Shown here: piece after piece, positions 1 to 9,782 of the stretch
Layout: the number at the start of each line of letters is the position of its first letter
Position numbering within the stretch: position 1 is the first letter of the stretch
NCBI GenBank assembly: GCA_964636085.1
Contig: CAZWPQ010000002.1
Location: 97,249 to 116,768, forward strand
Direction: 5' to 3'
Source: an uncultured Nitrososphaerota archaeon
GTDB taxonomy: Archaea; Asgardarchaeota; Njordarchaeia; Njordarchaeales; Panguiarchaeaceae
Length of the DNA: 19,520 nucleotides
Program-made: the position numbers and the translations under genes
The notes under the pieces: generated by a model
The model's input: only the letters and a program-made list of their open reading frames with translations
The model's database searches: none
Told to the model about the DNA's origin: nothing

Positions 1-503
1 AGATTACCTAGTACGACACGACTTAAAATATTTTTTTAGGATGATATTTAAAGATTATTTATCCATAGAAGACCATTCTGCCTTTCCTTCCACCCTAAGT
101 AGATCCAATTTCCTTCCATAACCCTATCAACCATTCCTTTTTCTAAGGTGGTATTAGTCATGTATAATTGTTGAGAAAATGCTTTTTTAAAACAATTTTG
201 ATCCAACAATGAGGGGGCTCTCCTTAATCCTGTACTTAATATCCAAAAGAGCAGAATTATGATAGACGGCAAAGACATATCTTTATAATTTCCTATTAGT
301 TATAATCAAGACATCAGTACTCATAAAGAAAATCACTCCTTGTTGATAACTCGAGGGTTATTATTTTCGATTAATCGTTTCTGTATGAATACGTATCAAA
401 AAGCAACATTTATAATTTAGCAAAAAATAATGTATGTATAGAAGGCCGCATTTTCTTAATGCGGCCAACGCCTATAATCCATAGACTAGAGGTGCCGAAA
501 ATC

Positions 504-3500
504 TTGAAAAGAGCTATATTAGTATTGATATTGGTTGTATCTATCCCTGTGGTTGGAATTCCTAAGGGTGACCTGACCAGCAAGTCAAGTGCTAAAAATT
601 CACCAAAGAATAGGCCAGAGCTGCAAAGACTTATCCAAGGCTCCAAGAGTCCAGCAATGGTATTCGAAAATGATGTAGAGGTCAGAAATTCTAAAATTAC
701 TGGCTCAGTGGAGGTATATGGCCAATCGGAAGTTGTCCTTGATAACGTGGTTTTCTATGTAGACTATACATTTATTGAAGTTATGGACAATGCCAAATTA
801 ATCATTAACAACTCGAAGTTTTTGGGGCATGATACAAATCCAACCGTATATATACATCTGTATGATAATGCCACACTCTATATCTCAAACACCACAATTG
901 ATATTTCCATTTCATGGTTTGGCATAGAGACCTATAATCAATCATATTTATATCTAGAGAATATCCGAGCTATCACACGTATTGAGGCCTATGATAGTTC
1001 AATTGTGTACTTAGGAGGGAACATTAGCGATACATATATATACGCATTTAACCAAAGCATCATTATGTGCTATGGTGCTAATCTCGAGTCAACACCCATA
1101 ACTGGGCATGATTATGCAAGGATATACGTCTATTATTCTAATGCCTGGAGATTCTATATTTTCGATATCGCCATGTTCATGTCATATGATTCCCAGTTTG
1201 ACGAATTGTCTGGAGACGGCTCAAACTCTGTCTATATGTACTTTTCAAATGTGACGGATATAGATCTCGTTGGAGAGGACTACTTCTGGGTAGAAAACTG
1301 TACAATTTCAAGTAGCTTTACGGTTGATACGTATGATACCCCCAATATGCTGGGAAGACCTGGATCCTATGGATACATAATAAATTCGGATATTGGGGAT
1401 CTATACTTATATACTTTCCAGGTTATCAACATAAATAATTCGCATATTTCCTATCTACATTACGCAAAAGTTTATGAGGGCGATTTGGTCATTAATGAAA
1501 CCGATACGATCTACGATACGTGCTATGATAACTATGTCGCGTATGACACAACGATAGATTTATCCGAGTTAACATCTCACATATTCGTAATGAATTCAAA
1601 CAACGTACGCATTAGTAGAGTGGATGATCCAGACCATGTATATCTATATAATGTAACTAATGCCTATTTCGACTCAAAGGATGCTTGGTGGTTCTATGTC
1701 TATGCATGGAATAGTAATGTCGATATCGCAAATTGCACACTTAGATACTTGCATGTCATGGCCTATTATTCATCAGTGGATATAGTCAACATTTCTGTAA
1801 ATGGCTCAATTACAGTAGATGTTGAAGGCTCGTTTGTCTATATGGAAAATATTTACTCTGTATACGTCACCCATAGCTCTATATATATGAAAAGAAGTAT
1901 GCTTTTGGCTGAAAATGTCACTATGGAACAGATCAGGTTCAGTTCGATCGCCTCTTATGCCTCGTTCGAAATGTTTAACTTTACTAATGGACAATTCTTT
2001 ACAATCAAAGATAACTCGTATGTGGATCTGTCGGACGGAAAGGTGAACACATCAATTGAGCTATATGATTCTTATTTATCACTGAATAATACAAATGTTT
2101 CCCAGCTATATATTAAATACTTCATGCTTGCAAATGGAACCTTCGAGATAAGGGAGGGAGTCATAGATATTTCTTCTTCTTCAGGAGACACATTAAATGG
2201 TGTGTTTGGTTATGCGAACTATAACGTGGACAGGTTTACGATAGATAAGTTAGAGATCCGCAATGCTACTGTGACTCTTGATGATATATTTTCGTACTTA
2301 TACTATGGGTATTTCTGTACAAGCGACATATATCTGTATAACTCATCGCTATATGGGAATGGTGTTTGTGGCGTGAATATAGAGTTGGATATGTATGCCT
2401 ATAATTCCTCCATTTATCTAGAGTCGAGTAGCATAGACTTCTTGGATGCTGAGAACTCAACATTGGTCTTTAACAGTACTAATGTTACCGAGATAGATCT
2501 TACTCGGGGTACAATAAAGGCCAATTACTCATATTTTGACGAGATATCCATAATTGGGGATTCCGAAGTATTTCTCTATATGTCCAATATTACTCACGGC
2601 CTACACACGGAAATGTCGGAAGAGACAATATTTGGTGAATTAATGCTGCCAATAGTAAACGTAACGGCGATAAAGACAAATATTAGTGAGTTGGGTATAG
2701 TAGGATTTGGATCTATTGAGCTAAATAGCTGTGTAGTCGAGTATTTGTACTATACTTTCGGGAATGCCACCATAATAGACACAAACATTACTGGTGTACT
2801 GCTAAACAATACACTGTTTACATCGGGTACAAATATTATAGAGAACAACAAGATAGTATCCGGATCAGGCACATCGCTCCTCAATATTGTTGGTGACTGT
2901 CATATAAATAGTATTGCCAATGTACTCGTGGTTGAGCAATCCCCAACTGGGCCGCCTGTTAGTCTCGAGGTTTATAACTCGATGTACCTTGGAATACTCG
3001 GCTATGGAGGCTCCATAAGAATAAACTCGACATATCTGAATGTGATATTTATGTACGATATGGATTCCCTCACCATGTATAACGTCACCGTAAATGCAAC
3101 GATGTTTGAGGAACTAATGCTCCCAATATCTATGGACTATGGATATATAGACTATGTGACCTTCATCCAAGCAATACCTATCTTCAGTATAGAACAGGGA
3201 TATCTCCATAATGTAACTCTGGACTCCCCATTCGTAGTTTTCTACAATACATCGGCCAACCTATCACATGTGGATGTAACATATATCGATGGAGTAATGA
3301 TAATGTTATATTCAAGACTATTGATAGACAACTCCCATATCCCTGGAATTAGTACCATGAATTCTCAGTTCGATGTGAATACAACAACGATAGTCTACAT
3401 GGAGATAGAGAACTCTACTTGCTCGATGGTTGATTCGGTGGTATATGGAGACACTTTAATTGTGCACGACAACGCCTTTTTGGACATTGAGGGCTCAAAA

Positions 3501-4526
3501 ATCGACTTTTTAATTATACCTAGCTCCTCAGAATCAATTAAGAATATATCCATATCAGTGAGGAATACCAATATAACGGATCTATATACAAAGTACTATG
3601 TCGTTACAAACCATCGGGGAGTCCTCTTCGATAATGAGACTATCACTGGTATCTATGATACAAGAACCAAATACATAGATGTCCAAGCCGAAGGTGTAAT
3701 CACCATTGCATTTTTCGAGGTCGTTGGTTATGGCAAGACTATAATAGAGGACTATACTGGAAAGTCCGAGATAGCAATGTTGTGGGTCAACACAACTGTG
3801 GACACAAATCCCCCTACGATAGAGTGTCTCAATGGTTCCTACATAGAGTATGAGCTTGGCCTATCAGAGCATTTATTTGTAAAGATGAATGATGAAACAC
3901 CCACCGAATTTGTTGTATATCTAAATGACTCAGAGATAATGAGGAGTGAATATGTTGAGAACTATACGTTATATCTAGACCTAACACCCCACATTACAAG
4001 TCCAGGATTCTACATCATTAAGATTGTTGCAAACGATTCTGAGGGCAATCAAGCAAAGGAGGAGGTAAATGCAACAGTCTTTCCGTCCGAGCCCCCAGTA
4101 ATAACGCTAAGCCCCAATGATACATATTCCATAAAGACAAACGAAACAAAGACACTAATATGGAAGGCGGAGGACAGATCACCCGACATATACAAACTAT
4201 ACATAAACGGCGAGGAGATATATGAGAGCACTTGGAGCAGTGGTGAAGAAATCACATACAACTTCAGCACAAACTATACTGGAACATACAACGTGACGAT
4301 AGTCTTCTACGACAAAGTTGGCCTCTACTCCATGGATACAGTCCAGATAAATGTGACGGAAATAACGACGACAACAACAACTACAGTTACGGAGGAGGAG
4401 AAGAAACTAAACTATCCTCTAATCCTAGCAATAGTTGGGGTATTAGCAGCAGGGCTAATAGCGATAATAATACTAAGAAAAAGAAAGGCCCAAGCTCTAG
4501 CAAAACAAGAAGAAGGAAAAGGGTAA
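504..4526 (+). CDS. Large secreted, C-terminally membrane-anchored cell-surface glycoprotein (beta-helix-like repeats plus two Ig-like domains)
   Basis: The ORF track gives 459..4526. An in-frame TTG at 504 follows GAGGTG (489-494) and yields a classic signal peptide, MKRAILVLILVVSIPVVG. The body is rich in N/S/I/Y/D with short beta-strand periodicity and many N-x-S/T sequons. Two C-terminal Ig-like units follow (DTNPPTI...ANDSEGN; EPPVIT...W..ED..PD.Y....NG...GTYNVT..FYDKVG), then a Thr-rich linker (TTTTTTTVT), a TM helix (LILAIVGVLAAGLIAIIIL) and a basic tail (RKRK). Confidence 0.8.
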   Translation: MKRAILVLILVVSIPVVGIPKGDLTSKSSAKNSPKNRPELQRLIQGSKSPAMVFENDVEVRNSKITGSVEVYGQSEVVLDNVVFYVDYTFIEVMDNAKLIINNSKFLGHDTNPTVYIHLYDNATLYISNTTIDISISWFGIETYNQSYLYLENIRAITRIEAYDSSIVYLGGNISDTYIYAFNQSIIMCYGANLESTPITGHDYARIYVYYSNAWRFYIFDIAMFMSYDSQFDELSGDGSNSVYMYFSNVTDIDLVGEDYFWVENCTISSSFTVDTYDTPNMLGRPGSYGYIINSDIGDLYLYTFQVININNSHISYLHYAKVYEGDLVINETDTIYDTCYDNYVAYDTTIDLSELTSHIFVMNSNNVRISRVDDPDHVYLYNVTNAYFDSKDAWWFYVYAWNSNVDIANCTLRYLHVMAYYSSVDIVNISVNGSITVDVEGSFVYMENIYSVYVTHSSIYMKRSMLLAENVTMEQIRFSSIASYASFEMFNFTNGQFFTIKDNSYVDLSDGKVNTSIELYDSYLSLNNTNVSQLYIKYFMLANGTFEIREGVIDISSSSGDTLNGVFGYANYNVDRFTIDKLEIRNATVTLDDIFSYLYYGYFCTSDIYLYNSSLYGNGVCGVNIELDMYAYNSSIYLESSSIDFLDAENSTLVFNSTNVTEIDLTRGTIKANYSYFDEISIIGDSEVFLYMSNITHGLHTEMSEETIFGELMLPIVNVTAIKTNISELGIVGFGSIELNSCVVEYLYYTFGNATIIDTNITGVLLNNTLFTSGTNIIENNKIVSGSGTSLLNIVGDCHINSIANVLVVEQSPTGPPVSLEVYNSMYLGILGYGGSIRINSTYLNVIFMYDMDSLTMYNVTVNATMFEELMLPISMDYGYIDYVTFIQAIPIFSIEQGYLHNVTLDSPFVVFYNTSANLSHVDVTYIDGVMIMLYSRLLIDNSHIPGISTMNSQFDVNTTTIVYMEIENSTCSMVDSVVYGDTLIVHDNAFLDIEGSKIDFLIIPSSSESIKNISISVRNTNITDLYTKYYVVTNHRGVLFDNETITGIYDTRTKYIDVQAEGVITIAFFEVVGYGKTIIEDYTGKSEIAMLWVNTTVDTNPPTIECLNGSYIEYELGLSEHLFVKMNDETPTEFVVYLNDSEIMRSEYVENYTLYLDLTPHITSPGFYIIKIVANDSEGNQAKEEVNATVFPSEPPVITLSPNDTYSIKTNETKTLIWKAEDRSPDIYKLYINGEEIYESTWSSGEEITYNFSTNYTGTYNVTIVFYDKVGLYSMDTVQINVTEITTTTTTTVTEEEKKLNYPLILAIVGVLAAGLIAIIILRKRKAQALAKQEEGKG

Positions 4527-4535
4527 CCTTAACAT

Positions 4536-4549
4536 CTTCCTCTTTTTTC
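4536..4549 (+). terminator. Putative archaeal oligo-T terminator
   Basis: Pyrimidine run CTTCCTCTTTTTTC about 10 nt after the surface-protein stop codon. Confidence 0.35.
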
Positions 4550-4665
4550 ACACAGCAATTTCTCCCCATGAAAGACAAAGAACATTACAGATAGATGAAA
4601 ACTTTTCTCAACAACTCGGCAAATATAGTAATCTCCATTTTTTGTATTGTTATATTTGATGACAG

Positions 4666-5622
4666 ATGGTGATATATTTGAGGGTAGAGCATGGATATTT
4701 AAAAGTCAAGGATCTAAAAATCTCGAGGCTCGGGCTCGGCACACACCAACTAGGAGCATCATGGGGAGTCCCCAATAAAAATATGGCATTAGAGATAATC
4801 AATACCGCATTAGACAACGGGATAAACTGGATCGATACAGCAGAAACATACAACGACGGTATCTCAGAGAAGTTCATTGGGGAGGCCCTGAAGCGCAGAG
4901 GCGATAGAGAGGACGTGATAATCGTAACAAAAGTATCCATAGAACATCTTAGATATAGGCTCGTATTAAAGGCTGTCGACATGAGCCTTGATAGGCTACA
5001 AACAAACTATGTTGATATATGCCTAATACACTGGCCCGATCCATATGTCCCGGTTAGGGAAACAATATCAGCTCTGGATAAGCTCATCGATGAGGGAAAG
5101 ATAAGATATATCGGTCTATCCAATTTCCCAGCCTGCCTAGTTAGGGAAGCAATCCATTATGCCAGACACGAAATAGTTACAAATCAATTACTATACAACC
5201 TTATAGAACGTGATATCGAGAAAGAAATCCTTCACAAAATGCGGGAATTAGAAATCCCAATAATGGCATACAGCCCCCTAGCCATGGGGTACCTCACCGG
5301 AAAATACTCCAAACCAACAATCAAGAGTGATGACGATCCCCGCAGATTTATCCCATGGGGCATAAACGAGAAAAATTTTGTCCACATAAACAGACTACTA
5401 GACGTAGTAAGGAACATTGCTAAAAAATATGGCAAAACAATCGCACAAGTATCCCTTAATTGGCTCCTAGCCAATGATGATATCTTCCCAGTAGTCGGAG
5501 CCACAAAACCAGAACACGTCCTAGAAAACATCGGCTCCATGGGATGGAGACTCAGACCCGAAGACATCGAAACATTGAACAAAACATCCAAAGAAATCAT
5601 CGAAAAAATGGAATACTGGTAA
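4666..5622 (+). CDS. Aldo/keto reductase family oxidoreductase
   Basis: Motifs LGLGT, IDTAETY (catalytic D/Y), IVTK (K), DICLIHWPD (H), IGLSNF, NQLLYNL, AYSPLAMGYLTGKY and AQVSLNW. An alternative TTG start at 4678 follows GGTGA. Confidence 0.93.
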   Translation: MVIYLRVEHGYLKVKDLKISRLGLGTHQLGASWGVPNKNMALEIINTALDNGINWIDTAETYNDGISEKFIGEALKRRGDREDVIIVTKVSIEHLRYRLVLKAVDMSLDRLQTNYVDICLIHWPDPYVPVRETISALDKLIDEGKIRYIGLSNFPACLVREAIHYARHEIVTNQLLYNLIERDIEKEILHKMRELEIPIMAYSPLAMGYLTGKYSKPTIKSDDDPRRFIPWGINEKNFVHINRLLDVVRNIAKKYGKTIAQVSLNWLLANDDIFPVVGATKPEHVLENIGSMGWRLRPEDIETLNKTSKEIIEKMEYW

Positions 5623-5871
5623 AACAGTTGGACTATCCTCTACATCAGGTAGCTCCCTAAACCCCGACCTGCTAAATTTTTCGACTGGATAATGTTAAGT
5701 TAAAACTGGACAAGAATAAAAGCAAAGAGCTATAAAAAACATGAGACTGAGAACTAATAAACCCCCTAGAAAACCTACAAGCCCCCAATCTGCTTCTTCC
5801 TATAACTACAAACTCCAGTAATCCCTTTTAGCCGTAGTCCTTCCCCCAGAGTAATCCTCCTTAGAAATCCC

Positions 5872-6345
5872 TCAAGAATCCTTCTCCACAGATATCCGAG
5901 ACCCAACATCCATCATATAATGCATAGCGAGATACCTTATAAACCCAAGACAAAGTCTCTCATCCCCCGCAACAACAACCTTGCTGGGTAACTCAACACC
6001 GACAAGCAGTCCAAGATCGGAAACCCCAATAGGAAACCTAACGCAATTCACACTCATACAGATAGCATCACGATAACACTTAGTAGTCAATATCTCCTTT
6101 TCCTCTATTTTACCTCCAAAGCTTTTTATCAAATACTCAATAAGATCAGTATTGCTCTTCGGAGCTGAGACGAAAATTTTAGTTCTGTAATAGTCGCCAT
6201 GTTTTGTGGAATAATCATATCTAACTGGAGCCCCGTAGCCAATGAGGGTGGCCTTAAGCATCAGAAGCTTTTCCATCTCTTTCGGGGGCTTAAAACCAAT
6301 ACGTACAATCTCTTCAACATCAAATTCTCTTAGATCCTCAGCCAT
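5872..6345 (-). CDS. Hypothetical protein (157 aa)
   Basis: ATG-started ORF with protein-like composition and an AT-rich promoter-like upstream region; no motif recognised. Confidence 0.65.
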   Translation of the reverse strand: MAEDLREFDVEEIVRIGFKPPKEMEKLLMLKATLIGYGAPVRYDYSTKHGDYYRTKIFVSAPKSNTDLIEYLIKSFGGKIEEKEILTTKCYRDAICMSVNCVRFPIGVSDLGLLVGVELPSKVVVAGDERLCLGFIRYLAMHYMMDVGSRISVEKDS

Positions 6346-6474
6346 CTAGATCACTAGTGAGACTTAAATCCAAAAAATATTATGAGTATTTAAGAACGTT
6401 ATTTAAAATTAGCGTTGCATCCCTTAGTTTTTCCAATTCTAGTAGTTCTAAGTGTAGCCTTGTAATGGTTGTTG

Positions 6475-7266
6475 TTAAATGCCGAGTACGTATCTCCAAA
6501 ATCTTGGACACTCACTACATCTACCCTTCAATTTTCCTGTCCTCTTATAGTACTTAAAAACTTTATCGGTGACCTCTTGCCTGATCCATCTGAGAATATT
6601 CATGATAGCTTCTACACTCCTATTTATGTCGTCTATAGCTTCTCTATACGTCGCGTGTATCTGTTTCTCCACGGATATTATTGCGTCTATAATATCCCCG
6701 GGACTAGCACCCTTTTTTATCTTAGCCACAGGATATGAACCCACCTCTAATGTGTTACTAGATGACGTTAATGAGGTACTTGCATGTTTTTTCACAAAAA
6801 ACTCACCGCTGTATAAGCCATGAATTATTGCTGAACATGCACCATCGATATTTATGTGTTCAGTGCGCGATCCCATATATTCGTTGAGCAACTCTATGAT
6901 CTTCTTTCTAATATCTCTAAGCAATCTTTGTGCATGAGTATTATGTCTGGAAGCCATGTTGAGGAAATTTCTGATGGCTTTCTCTATATCTCTATAATGC
7001 TCTAAAAACAAACGTACCCTACTGGAGAATTCACTATCCATATGAATGATATTCCATTCTATACTTAGGAATTCACTATCCCTTAGGAAAATCTCACCAT
7101 TAATATAATGAACCCTACTGATGATTGATAAAAATCGTTTTGCTCCAGCGATGATTTCCCTATAGTGTCTCACCTTCGCCTTCTGATACCTCTTATACCT
7201 AATACTAGCAAACATAGCACATAGAGTTATGATTGCACTGACTAAGCACTCCACCCAAGATAGCAT
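6475..7266 (-). CDS. Hypothetical protein with N-terminal TM anchor, helical body and C-terminal GxCxxCP motif
   Basis: GGTGG SD-like motif before the ATG; hydrophobic N-terminus (CLVSAIITLCAMFASI) followed by basic RYKRYQKAK; amphipathic helices; LKGRCSECP near the C-terminus. Confidence 0.7.
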   Translation of the reverse strand: MLSWVECLVSAIITLCAMFASIRYKRYQKAKVRHYREIIAGAKRFLSIISRVHYINGEIFLRDSEFLSIEWNIIHMDSEFSSRVRLFLEHYRDIEKAIRNFLNMASRHNTHAQRLLRDIRKKIIELLNEYMGSRTEHINIDGACSAIIHGLYSGEFFVKKHASTSLTSSSNTLEVGSYPVAKIKKGASPGDIIDAIISVEKQIHATYREAIDDINRSVEAIMNILRWIRQEVTDKVFKYYKRTGKLKGRCSECPRFWRYVLGI

Positions 7267-7453
7267 GAACCACCACCATTATTGAGAAATTCTTGGGGAT
7301 TTTTATTAAAAAGGGTAGAAATTGCGACTGGGAGAGCACTGGTGTAGAAATTGATATCTGCTAAGTTGGATGTGCTTGATAATGTTATTAGTATAAACTC
7401 GTAAGCTCCATATCCAGCAAAAAAATAGAAGTATGTAGTCATTTTTATTCACA

Positions 7454-7930
7454 TTAATAGGATATGACTTCATCCAGTATGGAAGCTATATGCGCTGCTA
7501 TCTTACCTCGGACCATCAAACATATTTCATGGTTTTCTACTAATCCTCCCCAAGTGATATTTGCAGATCCTACAATAGCTATTCTCCTGTCGATAATTAT
7601 TACTTTTGCATGGAGATGCCGGCCAGTAATTTTGTTGAAATCAAAAAGTTTAACATTTTTATATTTCTTACACACGTCAAGCAACAGTGTGCGGACATGA
7701 TCTGGCTGGTCGTGAAGACTATCCACTACAATATAAACACGCACTCCATTTTTTGCAGCATTCCTAAGTCTCGCAATTATTGGGTCTATACCAGAGCCGA
7801 ACCTATATGTTGCTATAATTATTTCATATCCCGCGTCCTCAAGTAACTTTAACAGGACCGATTCAAAGGATCTATAGCCTTTCCCTGTGAATAAATACCC
7901 CGTGACAAGGATCTCAATTTCGGAGCTCAT
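7454..7930 (-). CDS. drmC: DISARM phospholipase D-family nuclease DrmC (single HKD domain)
   Basis: HAKVIIID (HxKxxxxD), followed by VGSAN and ENHE. ATGA overlap with the drmB stop; third position in drmA-drmB-drmC order. Confidence 0.85.
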   Translation of the reverse strand: MSSEIEILVTGYLFTGKGYRSFESVLLKLLEDAGYEIIIATYRFGSGIDPIIARLRNAAKNGVRVYIVVDSLHDQPDHVRTLLLDVCKKYKNVKLFDFNKITGRHLHAKVIIIDRRIAIVGSANITWGGLVENHEICLMVRGKIAAHIASILDEVISY

Positions 7931-9777
7931 GGTGGATTCTCCAGTAACAAATGCCTATCAAGCCACATATTTCTGTGTTCACATGACGTCTCAGAAACGA
8001 ATAAACATGCATAACATGCTGACCCAACGTACATACCGTATTTGAATTCTTGCTCGTAACACAGTGGATCGTTTGAACATATTAATGCAAGTTCGTAGGC
8101 TCGTGCTAGCATTTCCTCAAACTTGTCGACCAGCGATATTAAACCACCTAAAGTTCCGTCGGCACCTGGTTGAACGGTGTACAGCACTATTCCTCCCAAG
8201 ACTCCTCCATCAGTTACTTTTAGATATACTCGCTCTCGTATCGATGCAGCAGAATACCCGGAGTCTATTGATAATGCACGTATCAGCAGGTGTGAAAGCG
8301 TATGCCACCACACAAAGGCCGGATGTAACTCTATGGGAAATTGGGGATCCCTAAACAAGTAACTCGAGTATTTTCTTTTCTCTGGCAATCGACTCCTTTG
8401 TTCCTCTAAGGCTTGAAGCCATGCCTTGGCAGATTTGCCAGATAAATCTAACATACCGTCATTTTCGTCGAGTGTAATGAAGATGCCCTCACCATAAAAC
8501 TCCGTGCCAATGAACCATAGATCGTTGTCCCTCTCAAAATACACGGGCACTAGACGTGAGCGCTCAGGATGTGGATTTAGCCTCCTATAACCCACTTGAA
8601 CGATGATTGTGTGGAGCCTAGAAATTGGGACAACGCGGAACATGTGACCCATTGGCCCCTTAACTTTTTCTCTTATACTTCTATAGTCAACATAAAACTT
8701 CACAGGAGCTTGTAGTGCACGATTATAAGGGGGATAGCCTTCCTTAGATGCTCTTAAAAGTGCGTCGAACTCATCCTCAAGCAATCCACTTAGCGTTGAT
8801 GGAATAGGTTTCGTGAGATCGTCTATCGCCGCCTTTATGTCTTTCCATTCATATTTCATTATACTTTCGATGATGCTTTCTGATATGTCCTCCACCTGTT
8901 GCAGGTTATTTAAGATCTCTTTGAACTCTTTCTCAGTCTTTGGACGGTGTGCACGCAATGCATAACGTATTGGAGTTATCGAGAGCAAATCGTGAAGTTC
9001 GGTAGCAGGTGGGGGCACCGTGAACAGAGAGATTATCTCCGTTATTCTTAAATTGGACGCCTGACGTTGAATAATTCTAGCTTCAGCATTACAGTTCCTC
9101 GGTCTATACGGAGCTTCATCAAGGTCTTCTCTCTCTGGATATCGTCCAGTGCACTTGTGTGACATTTTATAGTATGCGTAACCAAGGTTAACCTTCGCTC
9201 CACACTCTGGGCATATAATCTCTATCTGACTCAATTTACCACCTGGCTTCCACTCGAAATACCTCCTATTAGGACATCCTTTATTTTTATGATGAACAAG
9301 CTCAGGCCAGTCAACATCGTCTAGATGCCCATTAGGGCAGGCTAAGACAAATCGTATTGCCTCCTCAGGCCTCTTATTGAACTTAACACCAGACTTTTTA
9401 CACTCTGGACAGCCGTATCTCAAATCGTATAATATCCAATGCTCCGTACACAGAGCCCATCCGGGAAATAGTTTGGTTTTGTAGAGAAGGAGTGTGCCAG
9501 CACCGCTCGTTTCCTCGCTTGTGGGTATTCTACAGATCCTAATTTTACGACTTCCCACATCGTATCTAAGTCTCGTTTGAAGTATGTCTCTAAGAACTTT
9601 CTCAAACCTTCCAGGTTCGCGTATCTCAAAGTCCTCTGGGTTCCTTTTATTGGGCCTGAAAAATCCTCTATCAGGTAACGGTATAATTCTAGGACCGTAG
9701 GGGCTCTCTAGTATAGCACCCGGACCATAAGTTATTACGAATTTTGACTCTCTTATGCTCTGCCTTAATTTAGACAT
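7927..9777 (-). CDS. drmB: DISARM DUF1998 protein DrmB
   Basis: N-terminal ITYGPGA, RFVLACPNGHLDD and GEGIFI motifs. DUF1998 core HTLSHLLIRALSIDSGYSAASIRERVY and DGTLGGL, with C-terminal CSNDPLC...ACYAC...SETSCEHRN. The ORF track starts at 9804; the ATG at 9777 has GGTGA 5 nt upstream, and the ATG at 9783 overlaps the drmA stop (TGATG). Confidence 0.92.
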   Translation of the reverse strand: MSKLRQSIRESKFVITYGPGAILESPYGPRIIPLPDRGFFRPNKRNPEDFEIREPGRFEKVLRDILQTRLRYDVGSRKIRICRIPTSEETSGAGTLLLYKTKLFPGWALCTEHWILYDLRYGCPECKKSGVKFNKRPEEAIRFVLACPNGHLDDVDWPELVHHKNKGCPNRRYFEWKPGGKLSQIEIICPECGAKVNLGYAYYKMSHKCTGRYPEREDLDEAPYRPRNCNAEARIIQRQASNLRITEIISLFTVPPPATELHDLLSITPIRYALRAHRPKTEKEFKEILNNLQQVEDISESIIESIMKYEWKDIKAAIDDLTKPIPSTLSGLLEDEFDALLRASKEGYPPYNRALQAPVKFYVDYRSIREKVKGPMGHMFRVVPISRLHTIIVQVGYRRLNPHPERSRLVPVYFERDNDLWFIGTEFYGEGIFITLDENDGMLDLSGKSAKAWLQALEEQRSRLPEKRKYSSYLFRDPQFPIELHPAFVWWHTLSHLLIRALSIDSGYSAASIRERVYLKVTDGGVLGGIVLYTVQPGADGTLGGLISLVDKFEEMLARAYELALICSNDPLCYEQEFKYGMYVGSACYACLFVSETSCEHRNMWLDRHLLLENPP

Positions 9778-9782
9778 CCGCA

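Noticed and set aside
48-278. 76-aa minus-strand ORF
   Set aside because: No recognisable motif or SD; the best SD in the region points to a different, interrupted frame.
4364-4390. ACG/ACA trinucleotide run
   Set aside because: It encodes the Thr-rich linker of the surface protein and is not an independent repeat element.
5646-5671. CAGGT...ACCTG hairpin after the AKR
   Set aside because: The stem is only 5 bp with a long loop, which is too weak to call a terminator or ncRNA.
7242-7442. 66-aa ORF between drmC and the TM protein
   Set aside because: It overlaps the next gene's start, has no SD or motif, and probably spans that gene's promoter.
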